A stretch of 64,000 nucleotides of DNA. It comes from an uncultured delta proteobacterium (lineage in GTDB: Bacteria > Myxococcota_A > Polyangia > Polyangiales > Polyangiaceae). A model generated the notes under the pieces. It worked only from the letters and a program-made list of their open reading frames with translations, was not told the origin of the DNA and ran no database searches. Location of the stretch: positions 1,664,001-1,728,000 of the forward strand of contig CAWAIF010000003.1 in assembly GCA_963782055.1 (NCBI GenBank). Direction: 5' to 3'. Position numbers and translations under genes: made by a program. Numbering within the stretch: position 1 is the first letter of the stretch; each line of letters starts with the position of its first letter. Below, one piece after another: positions 18,525 through 28,910 of this stretch.

Positions 18525-20675
18525 ATGGCGCGCCGCGCTCGACTGACCCTCGTCCAGCTCTTCGTGCTCACCACCGTGGTGGTGGCCGTGGTGGCGGGGG
18601 CGGCGCTCTTCGTCCTCGTCGGTTCGTCGCGTGCTTCCATCCTGCAGTCCGCCGAGGTGCAGCGCGAGGCGGAAGCCCGCGACGTCGACGAGCAGGTGAC
18701 CAGGGAGCTGGGCGTCGCGGGCGACACCCTCGCCGAGGTGGAGCGCGCGATGCGCCACGGCGCGGTGCGGGCCGACGACCCCTCCGCGGTGGAGGTGACG
18801 CTGTTCACGGCGCTGCTCGATCACCCCAGCCTCTCCGACGTCACCTTCACCCACGCCAGCAGCGAGGGCTTCGCCCCCGACGGCGACATGCGACTCGCGC
18901 CCGACGACCGGTGGCAGGTCTCGCTGTACCGCACGCACGGGGGCAAGGCGTACACGCGGCGCGTCTCGCAGCAGGGCGGCGTGCTCGTCGCCGACGTGCG
19001 CCAGCGACCGCCGGACGGCGGGCTCGACTCGGCCCCCTTCACGCGGGAGGCGGGCGCGACCGACCCGACGCGCCACCCCACCTTCGAGGTGACGGCGTCG
19101 AAGGGGTCCTACGGCAAGGCCATCTGGAGCGACCTGCACTGGTCGGAGCGCGACGCCGCGATCCCGAAGAAGCAGCGACGCGTCGTCGTCACCGTGCAGA
19201 AGGCGGTGGAGGACACCCAGGGCCACTTCGTCGGCGTGCTGCGCGTCGGGCTGGACACACGGATGCTCGACAAGGTGCCCGTCGCCGCCGCGCGGGGCGC
19301 GACCGACGGCCGGCAGGTCTTCCTCTGCGACGCCCAGGGGAGGCTGGTGGCGCGGCCCGAACCGGGCGACGCGCTGGAGGTCTCCGGCGACGACCTGCGC
19401 GTGGCGCCCGCGCACCTGGACGCGACCATCGCCGCCGCGCTCGCCAGCCCCCGCCTGCGCGAGGTAAAGGAGGGCCGTCCGCGATCCGACACGCTGGACG
19501 TGGGCGGCCGCCGGGTGCTCGTCACCTTCCGCGCGCTGGCGCACACGCAGGGCTGGGTGGTGGGCGTGGCCGTGCCCGAGCAGGCCTACACCCACGCGCT
19601 GACGTCGCTGCGCGGCCGCTTCCTCGGCGTCTTCGGTGGCCTCGTGGTGGTGGTGCTGCTCGCCGGCGGCTTCGTCCTGCGCGCGCTGCGGCGCGGCCTG
19701 GGGTCCATCGTGGCGTCCACGTCGCGGATGCGCGCGCTGGACTTCGGGCCGCAGGCTCCCGAGAGCGCGTTTCGTGACGTGGCGGAGGTGCAGGCGGAGC
19801 TGGAGCGCGCCAAGACCTCGATGCGCGCGCTCGGCAAGTACGTGCCGCTCGATCTGGTGCGCGATCTCTACGAGTCCAACCGCGAGCCGAAGCTGGGCGG
19901 CGAGCTGGTCGAGCTCTCCATGATGTTCACCGACATCGAGGGCTTCACCACGCTCTCGGAGAAGCTGGCGCCCGACGTGCTGGCGGAGGCGCTCGGCCTG
20001 TACCTGGCGGCGATGACCGAGGGCGTACGCGAGCAGGGCGGCACCGTGGACAAATTCGTCGGCGACGCGGTGATGGCGTTCTGGAACGCGCCGCACCCGG
20101 TCGAGGACCACGCGACGCGGGCGTGCCGCGCGGTGGTGGCGTGCATGCAGAAGACTCGGGCGCTCTACGCGTCGCCGGCGTGGGAGGAGCTGCCGCCGCT
20201 CTTCACGCGGTTCGGCCTGCACCGCGCGACGGTGATGGTGGGGCACTTCGGCGCGCCCGATCGCTTCAGCTACACCGCGCTCGGCGACGGAGTGAACCTC
20301 GCGTCGCGGCTGGAGGGGCTCTGCAAGCACTACGGGGTCGCGGTGCTCGCCAGCGAGGCCGTGATGGAGCGCGCCCGCGACGAGTTCGCCTTCCGGCTGG
20401 TGGACAGGGTGGCGGTGAAGGGCAAGACGGAGGGCGTGCGCGTCTACGAGCTGCTCGGCCCGAAGGACGCCGCCGACGCCGGCGCGGGCGTGGTGGAGGC
20501 GTACGAGAAGGCGCTGGAGGCCTACTTCGCGCGCGACTTCGGGGGGGCGCTGCGGCTGCTCGAGCCTCACCCCGACGACCCGCCGAGCGGGGTGCTGGCG
20601 CGACGGTGCAGGGCGCTGCTGGAGGACCCGCCGCCGGAGGACTGGGACGGCGTCTACGTGGCGACGTCGAAGTGA
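18525..20675 (+). CDS. Membrane sensor class III adenylate/guanylate cyclase (Cache-like sensor, HAMP, cyclase, TPR tail)
   Basis: Two TMs flanking an extracytoplasmic domain; MFTDIEGFT, VDKFVGDAVMAFWNAP, YTALGDGVNLASRLEG, VKGK, WDGVY. Confidence 0.93.
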   Translation: MARRARLTLVQLFVLTTVVVAVVAGAALFVLVGSSRASILQSAEVQREAEARDVDEQVTRELGVAGDTLAEVERAMRHGAVRADDPSAVEVTLFTALLDHPSLSDVTFTHASSEGFAPDGDMRLAPDDRWQVSLYRTHGGKAYTRRVSQQGGVLVADVRQRPPDGGLDSAPFTREAGATDPTRHPTFEVTASKGSYGKAIWSDLHWSERDAAIPKKQRRVVVTVQKAVEDTQGHFVGVLRVGLDTRMLDKVPVAAARGATDGRQVFLCDAQGRLVARPEPGDALEVSGDDLRVAPAHLDATIAAALASPRLREVKEGRPRSDTLDVGGRRVLVTFRALAHTQGWVVGVAVPEQAYTHALTSLRGRFLGVFGGLVVVVLLAGGFVLRALRRGLGSIVASTSRMRALDFGPQAPESAFRDVAEVQAELERAKTSMRALGKYVPLDLVRDLYESNREPKLGGELVELSMMFTDIEGFTTLSEKLAPDVLAEALGLYLAAMTEGVREQGGTVDKFVGDAVMAFWNAPHPVEDHATRACRAVVACMQKTRALYASPAWEELPPLFTRFGLHRATVMVGHFGAPDRFSYTALGDGVNLASRLEGLCKHYGVAVLASEAVMERARDEFAFRLVDRVAVKGKTEGVRVYELLGPKDAADAGAGVVEAYEKALEAYFARDFGGALRLLEPHPDDPPSGVLARRCRALLEDPPPEDWDGVYVATSK

Positions 20676-20679
20676 GGTC

Positions 20680-21168
20680 TCACGTCGCGGCCGTCCGTCC
20701 GTCCTCCTTCGCCGCCCGGCCGAGGTTGCGGAACAACAGGTGGTCGACGGAGAGCGCGCCGGGGCCGATGATGGCGATCATGACGAGCACGACCAGGTAC
20801 GTGAACTCGTCGGCGCCGATGAGATCGAACAGACCATGAATATCGGGGAGCTTCGCCGTGAGGATGGCGACGATCATGCTCACGATGAGCGGGATGGTGC
20901 CCAGCCGCGTGAGCAGGCCGATCACCAGCAGCACGCCGCAGACGAGCTCGCTGTAGCCGACGAGCACCGCGTTGAAGTGCGGCATGGGGATGTGCAGGCT
21001 CTCGAAGAAGCTCGTCACCTTGGCGACGTTGTGGACCTTGCCCCACCCGGTGGACATGAAGAGCAGTCCCACCGCGAGGCGCCCGAGCAGCGGCGCGAGC
21101 CACTTCACGCGCTCCACCAGGCCGAGGCCCACCGCGCTTCCCCTCTCCACCAGATCCTTCATCCCCAT
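20680..21168 (-). CDS. DoxX family membrane protein (BufD-like)
   Basis: LLGRLAVGLLFMSTGWGK, FFESLHIP.P, ELVCGVLLVIGLLTR, GPGALSVD. Confidence 0.92.
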   Translation of the reverse strand: MGMKDLVERGSAVGLGLVERVKWLAPLLGRLAVGLLFMSTGWGKVHNVAKVTSFFESLHIPMPHFNAVLVGYSELVCGVLLVIGLLTRLGTIPLIVSMIVAILTAKLPDIHGLFDLIGADEFTYLVVLVMIAIIGPGALSVDHLLFRNLGRAAKEDGRTAAT

Positions 21169-21246
21169 CGCGTCATCCTCTCCCTTCGCGGCGTCCTCTG
21201 TCCATACGTCGATGGGCGCGGCAGGTTTCGTCGCCGGCGTCTGACC

Positions 21247-22689
21247 GTGCGCTCGGGGCCCGCGCTCGCGGCGCTGTCCGCGCTGGCGATGGCCTCGTGC
21301 GGCCGAGCGGAGCCTCGGCATCCCGGGCACGTCCCGCCCCGGCCGATGGCGCCGAGCGTGGTGTGGACCTTCGAGGTGAAGGCGGACGGGGTGGAGGACC
21401 TGGCCGTCGAGGCGACCTTCGAGCCCACGCGCGCCGACGCCTTCGCGGTGGACGATGCCATGCCCTTCGCGAAGGACGTCCAGATCGCCGCCGGCGCGAC
21501 GTGGACGCCGGCGGCGCGGCGCGCCGACGCCTTCGTCGTGCCGTGCGCGGAGGGCTGCCGCGTCCGCTACCACTTCGCGCTGAAGGAGGCCGCCGACTCC
21601 ATCCACGACGTCGACACCGCCATCCGGTCCGGCGACATCGTCTTCGCGCCGCCGTCGACGTGGCTCTTGCACCCGGTGTCGCCGGGGCCGCTCGGTCGCT
21701 TCCTGCTGCACGTCGACGCCGGCGCGGCCTCGCGCTTCGTCACCGGGATGGGCCGCGACAGCCAGGGCGGGTTCGTGGGGAAGACCGACGACCTGGACGA
21801 CGGCGCGTTCAGCGCGTTCGGGCCGGTCCACGTGGGCGAGGTGAAGGTCGGCGGCGCGACGCTGACGGTCGGGGTCGCCCCCGACAGGCTGCCGATGAGC
21901 GACGCGGAGGTCCTCGCGTGGGTGCGCGCGTCCGCCGGCGCGGTGGCCGCGTACTACGAGGACCGGCTGCCCGCGCGCCGGGCGCTCATCTTCGTCATGG
22001 AGGGCAGCGGCGGCCCCACGCGCGGCAAGACGCTCGGCCCGCTCGGCCCAGCGATGCTGGTGCGCGCGGGCGAGGGCGTGACGGCGAAGAACACCCGTGA
22101 CGACTGGGTCGTCACCCACGAGCTCCTGCACGTCAACTTCCCCTACATCGGCTACGACCACGCGTGGCTCACCGAGGGGCTTGCCACGTACATCGAGCCC
22201 ATCGCGCGGGCGCGGGTCGGGCTGATCGACGCGGGCAAGGTGTGGCGCGACATGATCGATGGCATGCCGCAGGGCCTCCCCGAGAAGGGCGACCGCGGTC
22301 TGGAGAACACCCCGACGTGGGGGCGGACCTACTGGGGCGGCGGCATGTTCTGCCTCGTCGCCGACGTGACCATCCGGGAGCAGACGGGCAACCGCAAGTC
22401 GCTCGACGACGTGCTGCGGGCGATCGGCAGGACCGGCGCGACGGTCCAGACGGACTGGACCGTCGGCCAGGTGCTGGACGCCGGCGACGCGGCCACCGGC
22501 ACCCGCGTGCTGCACGATCTCTATGCCAAACTCGCGCTCGCCCCCGGCGTGATCGATCTCGACGCCCTCTGGGCGAAGCTGGGCGTGCGCGCGGAGGGGG
22601 CCTCGGTGGCGTATGACGACCACGCCCCGCTGGCCGCGATCCGCCGCGCCATCACCGCCCCCGTCTCCCCCGGGTCCACCGATCGTTAG
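21247..22689 (+). CDS. Gluzincin-type (M1/M61-like) metallopeptidase, predicted lipoprotein
   Basis: GTG 21247, signal ending AMASC; HELLH followed by WLTEGLATYIE; TYWGG. Start approximate. Confidence 0.75.
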   Translation: MRSGPALAALSALAMASCGRAEPRHPGHVPPRPMAPSVVWTFEVKADGVEDLAVEATFEPTRADAFAVDDAMPFAKDVQIAAGATWTPAARRADAFVVPCAEGCRVRYHFALKEAADSIHDVDTAIRSGDIVFAPPSTWLLHPVSPGPLGRFLLHVDAGAASRFVTGMGRDSQGGFVGKTDDLDDGAFSAFGPVHVGEVKVGGATLTVGVAPDRLPMSDAEVLAWVRASAGAVAAYYEDRLPARRALIFVMEGSGGPTRGKTLGPLGPAMLVRAGEGVTAKNTRDDWVVTHELLHVNFPYIGYDHAWLTEGLATYIEPIARARVGLIDAGKVWRDMIDGMPQGLPEKGDRGLENTPTWGRTYWGGGMFCLVADVTIREQTGNRKSLDDVLRAIGRTGATVQTDWTVGQVLDAGDAATGTRVLHDLYAKLALAPGVIDLDALWAKLGVRAEGASVAYDDHAPLAAIRRAITAPVSPGSTDR

Positions 22690-22824
22690 CAGGCTCGCGA
22701 TCGCGGCGCTGGGGGCAGCTCCCGGCCGCCCCGGTGGGGCGTGACGCCAACGTGCTACTTCTGCGGCGGGGTTGACTTGGTCGAGGGGGCGGCGCCATCC
22801 TCCCGGCTTCCACGGCTCCCGAAC

Positions 22825-22881
22825 AAAAAAAAGAGACGCCGCGAAACGCGCGGCCGCCCGTGCGCGTAGGTAGAGCGCACG
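22825..22881 (+). promoter_or_regulatory. Putative ECF-sigma promoter of the MNIO operon
   Basis: A8 tract (22825-22832); GAAAC(22843)-N17-CGTA(22865); 7-bp inverted repeat CGTGCGC-N9-GCGCACG over the -10 element. Confidence 0.45.
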
Positions 22882-22929
22882 CGGTATAGCGGGCCGAGAA
22901 CAAACCAAGTCAACAAGAGGTCATTTCGC

Positions 22930-23241
22930 ATGAAGCTGACGCACACACTCATGGCAGCAGCGGTTGGTGGCATCCTTGCGGGCGCCACGGTGGCTTGCGG
23001 GGGCGAGACGCCGCCGCCTGCGGAGCCGGCGGCCGGCGCGACCCCCGCCGCGACCGACACCTCGGCTCCGGCCGCGGGCTCGGCGGCTCCGGCCGCGACC
23101 GACACGGCGGCGCCCGCGGCCGGCGCGAAGCACGCCTGCAAGGGCCAGAACGACTGCAAGGGTCAGGGCGGCTGCAAGACCGACGCGCACGCCTGCAAGG
23201 GCCAGAACGACTGCAAGGGCCAGGGCGGCTGCCACGGCTGA
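22930..23241 (+). CDS. Bufferin-like (BufA2-type) MNIO RiPP precursor with lipoprotein-type signal
   Basis: Signal ending ATVAC-GG, Ala/Pro/Thr linker, two HACKGQNDCKGQGGC repeats; directly upstream of DUF692. Confidence 0.85.
   Translation: MKLTHTLMAAAVGGILAGATVACGGETPPPAEPAAGATPAATDTSAPAAGSAAPAATDTAAPAAGAKHACKGQNDCKGQGGCKTDAHACKGQNDCKGQGGCHG
23131..23232 (+). repeat. Duplicated 45-nt core repeat in the precursor
   Basis: 23131-23175 and 23188-23232 are identical at 44/45 nt. Confidence 0.95.
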
Positions 23242-23302
23242 GGGTCGCCGAGCGTGAGCGCCCGCGGCTCCGGCCGCCGGCGCCCCGCTCACACCCGTCG
23301 TC

Positions 23303-24133
23303 ATGGCGAATCGTTTTGGCCTGCCCGACCTCGGGATCGGCCTGGGCCTGAGGACGGTGCACTACAAGCGCATCCTGGAGGACGAGCCGTCGGTCGACTG
23401 GTTCGAGATCCTCAGCGAGAACTACATGCAGACGTCCGGCCGCCCGCTGGACTTCGCGGACGCCGTCGCCGCGCGCTACCCCGTGGTCATGCACGGGGTG
23501 TCCATGTCCGTCGGCTCCAGCGATCCGCTCGACCGCGAGTACCTGAAGGAGCTCAAGGCGCTGCGCGACCGCCTCGGCGCGCGCTGGGTGTCCGACCACC
23601 TGTGCTGGACGGGCGTGGCCGGCAAGAACACCCACGACCTCTTGCCGCTCCCCTACACCGAGGAGGCGCTGGCGCACGTGGCCGGCAGGGTGCGCGCGGT
23701 CCAGGACTTCCTGGGCGCGCCGCTCGCGCTGGAGAACCCCTCCACCTACGCCGAGCTCACCGGCGCGACGATGCGCGAGTGGGAGTTCCTCGGCCGCCTG
23801 GCCGAGGAGGCCGACTGCGCCATCCTGCTCGACGTGAACAACGTCTACGTCTCCGCGTTCAACCACGGCTTCGACCCGATGACGTACCTCGAGGCGGTGC
23901 CCTTCGATCGCGTGGTGCAGCTCCACGTGGCGGGGCACACCCACCACGGCACGCACATCATCGACTCGCACATCGGTCCGGTGATCGACCCGGTGTGGAA
24001 GCTGCTCGCCGAGGCGCACCGTCGCGCGGGCGGCGTCAGCATCCTGCTGGAGTGGGACGCCGAGATCCCCAGCTTCGAGGAGACCCACGCCGAGGCGCTG
24101 CGCGCGCGCGAGTTCCTGGGAGCGGCCGCGTGA
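23303..24133 (+). CDS. DUF692 multinuclear non-heme iron oxidase (MNIO; BufB-like)
   Basis: [67 protein letters not shown]. Confidence 0.96.
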   Translation: MANRFGLPDLGIGLGLRTVHYKRILEDEPSVDWFEILSENYMQTSGRPLDFADAVAARYPVVMHGVSMSVGSSDPLDREYLKELKALRDRLGARWVSDHLCWTGVAGKNTHDLLPLPYTEEALAHVAGRVRAVQDFLGAPLALENPSTYAELTGATMREWEFLGRLAEEADCAILLDVNNVYVSAFNHGFDPMTYLEAVPFDRVVQLHVAGHTHHGTHIIDSHIGPVIDPVWKLLAEAHRRAGGVSILLEWDAEIPSFEETHAEALRAREFLGAAA

Positions 24134-25104
24134 CCGCCGACGCGCGCCGGCAGATGACGCGGCAGGCGACGGCCGACGCCGTCGGCGTGCACGAGCGGGC
24201 GAGCGCCACGCCGTCGCATGTCACCGCCCGGCACGCCGCCGAGCCCGCCGGGAAGCCCGCGCCACGCGCCCCGGCGTCGCCGGAGCTGCCCGCGCACCTC
24301 GATCTGCGCGCCCACCAGGAGTGGTTCTCGGCGGCGGTCACCACGCCGGAGTCGGAGCCCGCGCCCGTGGACGAGGCGACGGCCCCGCGCCTGGTCACGT
24401 CCAGCCGCACCATGACCTCCCTCGAGCGGCTGGAGGTCTACCGCCGCGGCTACCACGCGCGGCTGGTGGAGTGTCTCGCCGACGACTACCCGGTGCTCGC
24501 CCACCTGCTCGGCGAGGAGGCGTTCGACGCGCTCTGCCGCGCCTACATCGCACGCTTCCCCTCGCGCGCGCCCAACCTCAACGCCTACGGCCGCCACATG
24601 GCGGAGCTCTGTCGCGCCGAGCCGCTCGCCGACCCGGCCTTCGCCGCCGACCTCGCCACGCTGGAGTGGGCGATCGTCACCGCGATCCACGCCCCTACCG
24701 CGCCCCTGCTCTCGCCGGAGGACCTGGCGAAGGTCCCCGCCGAGCGCTGGCCCCAGGCGCGCCTGGAGCCCAACCCGTCGCTCCGCGTGCTGCACCTGTC
24801 GCACCCGGTCAACGCGTACTTCCAGGCGTTCCGGACGGGCGCGCCCGTCCCGGTGGCGGACGCCCGCGGCGAGATCGCCGTCGCGGTCTATCGCACCGGC
24901 AAGAGCCTCTGGCGCATGGAGCTCGCCCCGGCGATGGTCGTGCTCGTCGAGTCGCTCGCCGCGCGCAAGACACTGCTCGCGTCGCTCGACGCGGTGGAGC
25001 CCCTGCTCGACGTGCAGGACGAGGCCGCCGCCGGCCAGCTCGTGATGTCCTGGTTCCAGAACAGCATCTCCAGCGGGATGTTCTCCGGGGTATCGTTGGG
25101 GTAG
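24130..25104 (+). CDS. DUF2063 MNIO partner protein (BufC-like)
   Basis: [22 protein letters not shown]...[34 protein letters not shown] overlap with DUF692. Confidence 0.9.
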   Translation: MTADARRQMTRQATADAVGVHERASATPSHVTARHAAEPAGKPAPRAPASPELPAHLDLRAHQEWFSAAVTTPESEPAPVDEATAPRLVTSSRTMTSLERLEVYRRGYHARLVECLADDYPVLAHLLGEEAFDALCRAYIARFPSRAPNLNAYGRHMAELCRAEPLADPAFAADLATLEWAIVTAIHAPTAPLLSPEDLAKVPAERWPQARLEPNPSLRVLHLSHPVNAYFQAFRTGAPVPVADARGEIAVAVYRTGKSLWRMELAPAMVVLVESLAARKTLLASLDAVEPLLDVQDEAAAGQLVMSWFQNSISSGMFSGVSLG

Positions 25105-26898
25105 TGACCCGCGCCCCGCTGCTGGACGAGGCCCTCCGCGCGCTGGGTGTGCGGCGGCTCCTCTTCGCGATCCACGACGCCTGCTTCCCGTCGGACGACG
25201 ACGAGGATCTGGGCGCCGGATCGCCGCACACCAGGGCGGCGGCGCGGCTGCTCGCCTGGCTCGGCGAGAGCGGCTTCACCGGCGTGCAGCTCGGCCCCCA
25301 GGGGCGTACGTCGCGCGGCAACGGCTCGCCGTACGACGCGACCATGTTCTCCCGGAACCCGATGACCATCCCCGTCGCCTCCTTCGGCGGCGAGGGTCCG
25401 TGGCGGGGGCTCGTGCCGGAGGAGCTGCTCGCGCGGGCCGTGGAGCGTGGCCGCGGTCACGAACGGTCGCGGCACGAGGTCGCCTTCGACGCCGTCACCG
25501 AGATCACCGCGGCGGCGTTCGAAGCCTTCGAGCGCGGCGCCCGGCCGGAATCTCGCGCCGCGCCTGCGCCGCTTCCGCGCCGACCACGCGGCGTGGCTGG
25601 AGCGCGACGCCCTCTACCACGCGCTGCGCGCCGAGCACGGCACGACGTTCGCCACCTGGCCGCGCGACGGCGACCTCCACGACGACGGCGATCACGCCGC
25701 CCGCCGCCGCGAGCTCCTCGCCGAGCACGCGCACGCCGTCACGCGCTACGCCTTCGAGCAGCTCCTGGTGCACGAGGAGCACCACCGCCTCCACACCCTC
25801 GCGAGGGGGCTCGGCCTCACCCTCTTCGGCGATCTCCAGGTGGGCGCGTCCGACGCCGACACCTGGGGCGCCCGCGCGTGCTTCCTGGACGGCTACGCCA
25901 TGGGCGCCCCGCCCAGCCGCACCAACCCGGAGGGCCAGCCCTGGAACTACCCGGTGCTGGACCCGGATCGCTACGACGGCGAGGCCGGCGCGCTGCTCGA
26001 CGCGCGCCTGCACAAGGCCTTCGAGGAGTATGACGGCCTGCGCGTGGACCACCCGCACGGGCTGGTGTGCCCGTGGGTCTATCGCGCCGGCACCGACGAT
26101 CCGCTGCGCGCCGTGCAGCACGGCACGCGCCTCTTCGCCTCGCCGGACCTGCCCGATCACCCCGAGCTGGCGCGCTTCGCCATCGCGAGGCCGGAGCAGC
26201 TCGCGCGCTCGGTGCCGCGTCACGCCGACGGCTGGGTCACCGACCTGGATGACGACCAGGTGCACCGCTACGCGCGCCTGTTCGATCGCATCGTGGACGC
26301 CGCGCACCGCTCTGGCCGCTCGCGCGAGGACATCGCGTGCGAGGTGCTCAGCACCATGCCCTTCCCCCTCGGCAGGGTGCTCGCGCGCCACGGCCTGGGA
26401 CGCTACCGCGTGGCGCAGAAGGCCAACCTGGACGACCCGACCGACGTCTACCGCTCGGAGAACGCGCGCCCCGAGGACTGGGTGATGCTCGGCAACCACG
26501 ACACCCGCTCGGTCTGGCGCATCGAGCGCGAGATGACCGCCGGCGCGCGCGAGAAGTGGGTCCGTCACCTCTGCGCGCGGCTGGGGCGCACCCCGCACGA
26601 GCTCTCCGCGCCCGGCGCCCTCGCCCACGCCATGCTCGCCGAGCTCTTCGCCTCGCCCGCCCGGAACGTGAGCCTCTTCTTCGCCGACCTGTTCGGCATC
26701 ACCGAGCGCTACAACGCCCCGGGCACCGTCAGCGACGACAACTGGTCGCTCCGCCTGCCGGCGTCCTTCGAGCGGCTTCATCGCGAGCGTCGCGCGCGGG
26801 GGGCGGCGCTGGATCTCGCCCTCGTGCTCGCGTGGGCGCTCGAGGCCCGCGGTCCGGAGCACACGGAGCTCGCGAGCCGGCTGCGCGAGCCACGCTAG
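25104..26898 (+). CDS. malQ: 4-alpha-glucanotransferase (GH77), with a +1 frameshift at ~25549 that is probably an artefact
   Basis: First frame VQLGPQG..NGSPYD; second frame [53 protein letters not shown]. Confidence 0.85.
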
Positions 26899-26922
26899 CC
26901 AAGAACCTCGTGCCCGCCGCCG

Positions 26923-27395
26923 TCACGCGCGCGCGAAGTCGTCCTCCAGGCGGCGTGTCAGCTCGGCGTAGGCGCTCGCGAGCGCGTCGTCGGCCCCGCC
27001 GCGCGCGGCGGCGTCCTCGAGGTCCGCCGGCGCGAGGCCCGAGGCTTCGAGGGTGGCCACGAGCTCGCGCACCCGGCGTACGGCGGCGAGGCGCGGCGCG
27101 ACGGGGCCGCCCTCGCGACGGTGGCGATCGTAGAGCCGGCACGCGAAGCGGCGGCACGCACGCGGCCGCGCGTCGTAGACCGAGCACGCGCGGCGCGCGC
27201 CGGCGTCGGGGCCCACCGCGACGAGCGCGGCGCACGGCTGCTCGAACGCCCTGTCGCCCACCACACGCAGGCGCCGGCGCGCCAGCGCGATCTCGTCGGG
27301 CTCCAGATCGACGCGGTTGAAGAGGGAGCCGTCGCAGCACAGGCCGCACGACTGGCAGAGCAGCTCGAGGTCGGTGTCGGTGGCGATGGCGTCAC
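26923..27395 (-). CDS. YkgJ/CxxCxxCC family cysteine-cluster protein (start unresolved)
   Basis: Frame extends upstream of the ORF track: LCQSCGLCCDGSLF...QPCAAL...CSVYDARPRACRRFAC. The coupled GTG at 27395 is out of frame. Confidence 0.8.
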
Positions 27396-28363
27396 TCCGT
27401 CGTGGCGAACGGCGTGCCCGTCCCGGTGTCGGCGACGTAGAAGTCGTTGGTGAACGTCGCGCTGGTGCCGATGTTGCCGGACGGGTTGGATGTCGGGATC
27501 TGCCCGTACACGTAGCCGGACCCGGAGGTCGCGTACGCGAGGAAGCGCAAGGAGGCAGGCAGCCCGTTGGACCCGAGGGCGGTCCAGGGGATGACCTCCT
27601 CGCGCGTGGTGCCGTTGCTGCAGAAGGTGACCGCGTTGGTGACCGCCGAGCCCCACGTGCCGGCGTCCTGGCTGCCCAGGCGGAGTTCCTGGTAGCCGGA
27701 CTTCGCGTACACCACCGCGTCCGCCGCGAAGGGCAGGGTGCCGCCGGTGACGTCGTAGGTGTAGGTGGCCATCGGGCCGAGGCCGGAGTAGCCGACGTAG
27801 ATCACCGCGGCCTCGGTCAGGGTGGCGGTGTCCAGCCCGACGTACAGGTTGGTCGCGTCCCAGGTCATGTACCAGTTCTGACTCCCGCTCGCGGTCGTGT
27901 AGAGGGCGCCGCCGTACTCCTGCGCGCTGACCACGCCGTCGCAGGTGGGGGCCTGCCACTGGCCGCCGCCGTCGGCGTCGTCGCCGGCGTCGAGGGAGGC
28001 GTCGGCGTCGTCGCCGGCGTCGAGGGAGGCGTCGGCGTCGTCGCCGGCGTCGAGGGAGGCGTCGGCGTCTGCGCCCGCGTCGAGGGAGGCGTCGGCGTCC
28101 GTCGCCGCGTCGGAGGCATCCACGTCCGCGTCGGATGCGCCGTCGCTCCCGGCGTCGGCGACGACGACGTCGGCCTTGGCGTCGGAGGCCGCGTCGGTCG
28201 TCGTCACGTCCGCCCCGCTGTCGGTCGTCGCGTCGGTCGTCGTCCCGTCGCTCGCCGCGTCCGCCCCGGCATCGGTGCCAGCGTCGCCCGTGTCGTCGCC
28301 GCTGCACGCGAGGGGAACCAGGGGCGTCAGGGCGATCAGCAGGAGCAGGCGGCGTCGAATCAT
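27392..28363 (-). CDS. Lipoprotein with acidic repeat linker and C-terminal beta-sandwich (DOMON/CBM9-like) domain
   Basis: Lipobox PLAC; DADASLDAG repeats; PTCDG...EY, YMTWDATNLYVG, EEVIPWTALG. Confidence 0.7.
   Translation of the reverse strand: MIRRRLLLLIALTPLVPLACSGDDTGDAGTDAGADAASDGTTTDATTDSGADVTTTDAASDAKADVVVADAGSDGASDADVDASDAATDADASLDAGADADASLDAGDDADASLDAGDDADASLDAGDDADGGGQWQAPTCDGVVSAQEYGGALYTTASGSQNWYMTWDATNLYVGLDTATLTEAAVIYVGYSGLGPMATYTYDVTGGTLPFAADAVVYAKSGYQELRLGSQDAGTWGSAVTNAVTFCSNGTTREEVIPWTALGSNGLPASLRFLAYATSGSGYVYGQIPTSNPSGNIGTSATFTNDFYVADTGTGTPFATTE
27971..28090. repeat. 30-nt coding tandem repeat
   Basis: GTCGGCGTCGTCGCCGGCGTCGAGGGAGGC, three perfect copies plus one diverged. 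Confidence 0.95.
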
Positions 28364-28448
28364 CGGTCCCTCCGGGTAGGCGGCGCTTCTACCATCATCC
28401 CGCTCGCCGGACCATGGCGCGTCCGACGCGGCGTCGCGTCCCGGGCGG

Positions 28449-28910
28449 CTACTTCGCCGCGCCCTCGCTCGTCGTCTTGATCCTCCCGGCGAGGATCTCC
28501 AAAAACTGCTTCCAGCCGTCTTCGTGCCCGCGCCCCAGCTCGTCGTCGGGCACGCCGGAGTGCGTGAGGCGAAGCTCCGTCCCGCCGCGCGCCGCCTTCA
28601 TCTCCAGGGTGACGCGCGACTCCCGTCCGTGCGTCGCCTCCGACACCCACGCAAATTCGAGCAGGCCCGGTCGCTCGACACGCAGGTAGCGGCAGTAATG
28701 CACCCAGCGCTTGCCGGTGCTCTTCTGCAGGTGCTCCCAGTACCAGAGCTCGTCCACCGCGGCCGTGCGCAGCACCGCGCGGTGCGGCTCGAACCAGCGG
28801 CGAAACAGGTCCGGGTCGGCCCAGGCGTCGAACACCTCCGCGGGCGAGCCCTCGATGAAGCGGGGGACGGTGATGGTGAGCAGTCCGTCGGTGGAGGTCG
28901 CGGCGGTCAT
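28449..28910 (-). CDS. SRPBCC (AHSA1-like) domain protein
   Basis: EVFDAWADP..FRRWF, YLRVERPGLLEFAW, SRVTL, GGTELRLTH, HEDGW. Confidence 0.9.
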   Translation of the reverse strand: MTAATSTDGLLTITVPRFIEGSPAEVFDAWADPDLFRRWFEPHRAVLRTAAVDELWYWEHLQKSTGKRWVHYCRYLRVERPGLLEFAWVSEATHGRESRVTLEMKAARGGTELRLTHSGVPDDELGRGHEDGWKQFLEILAGRIKTTSEGAAK

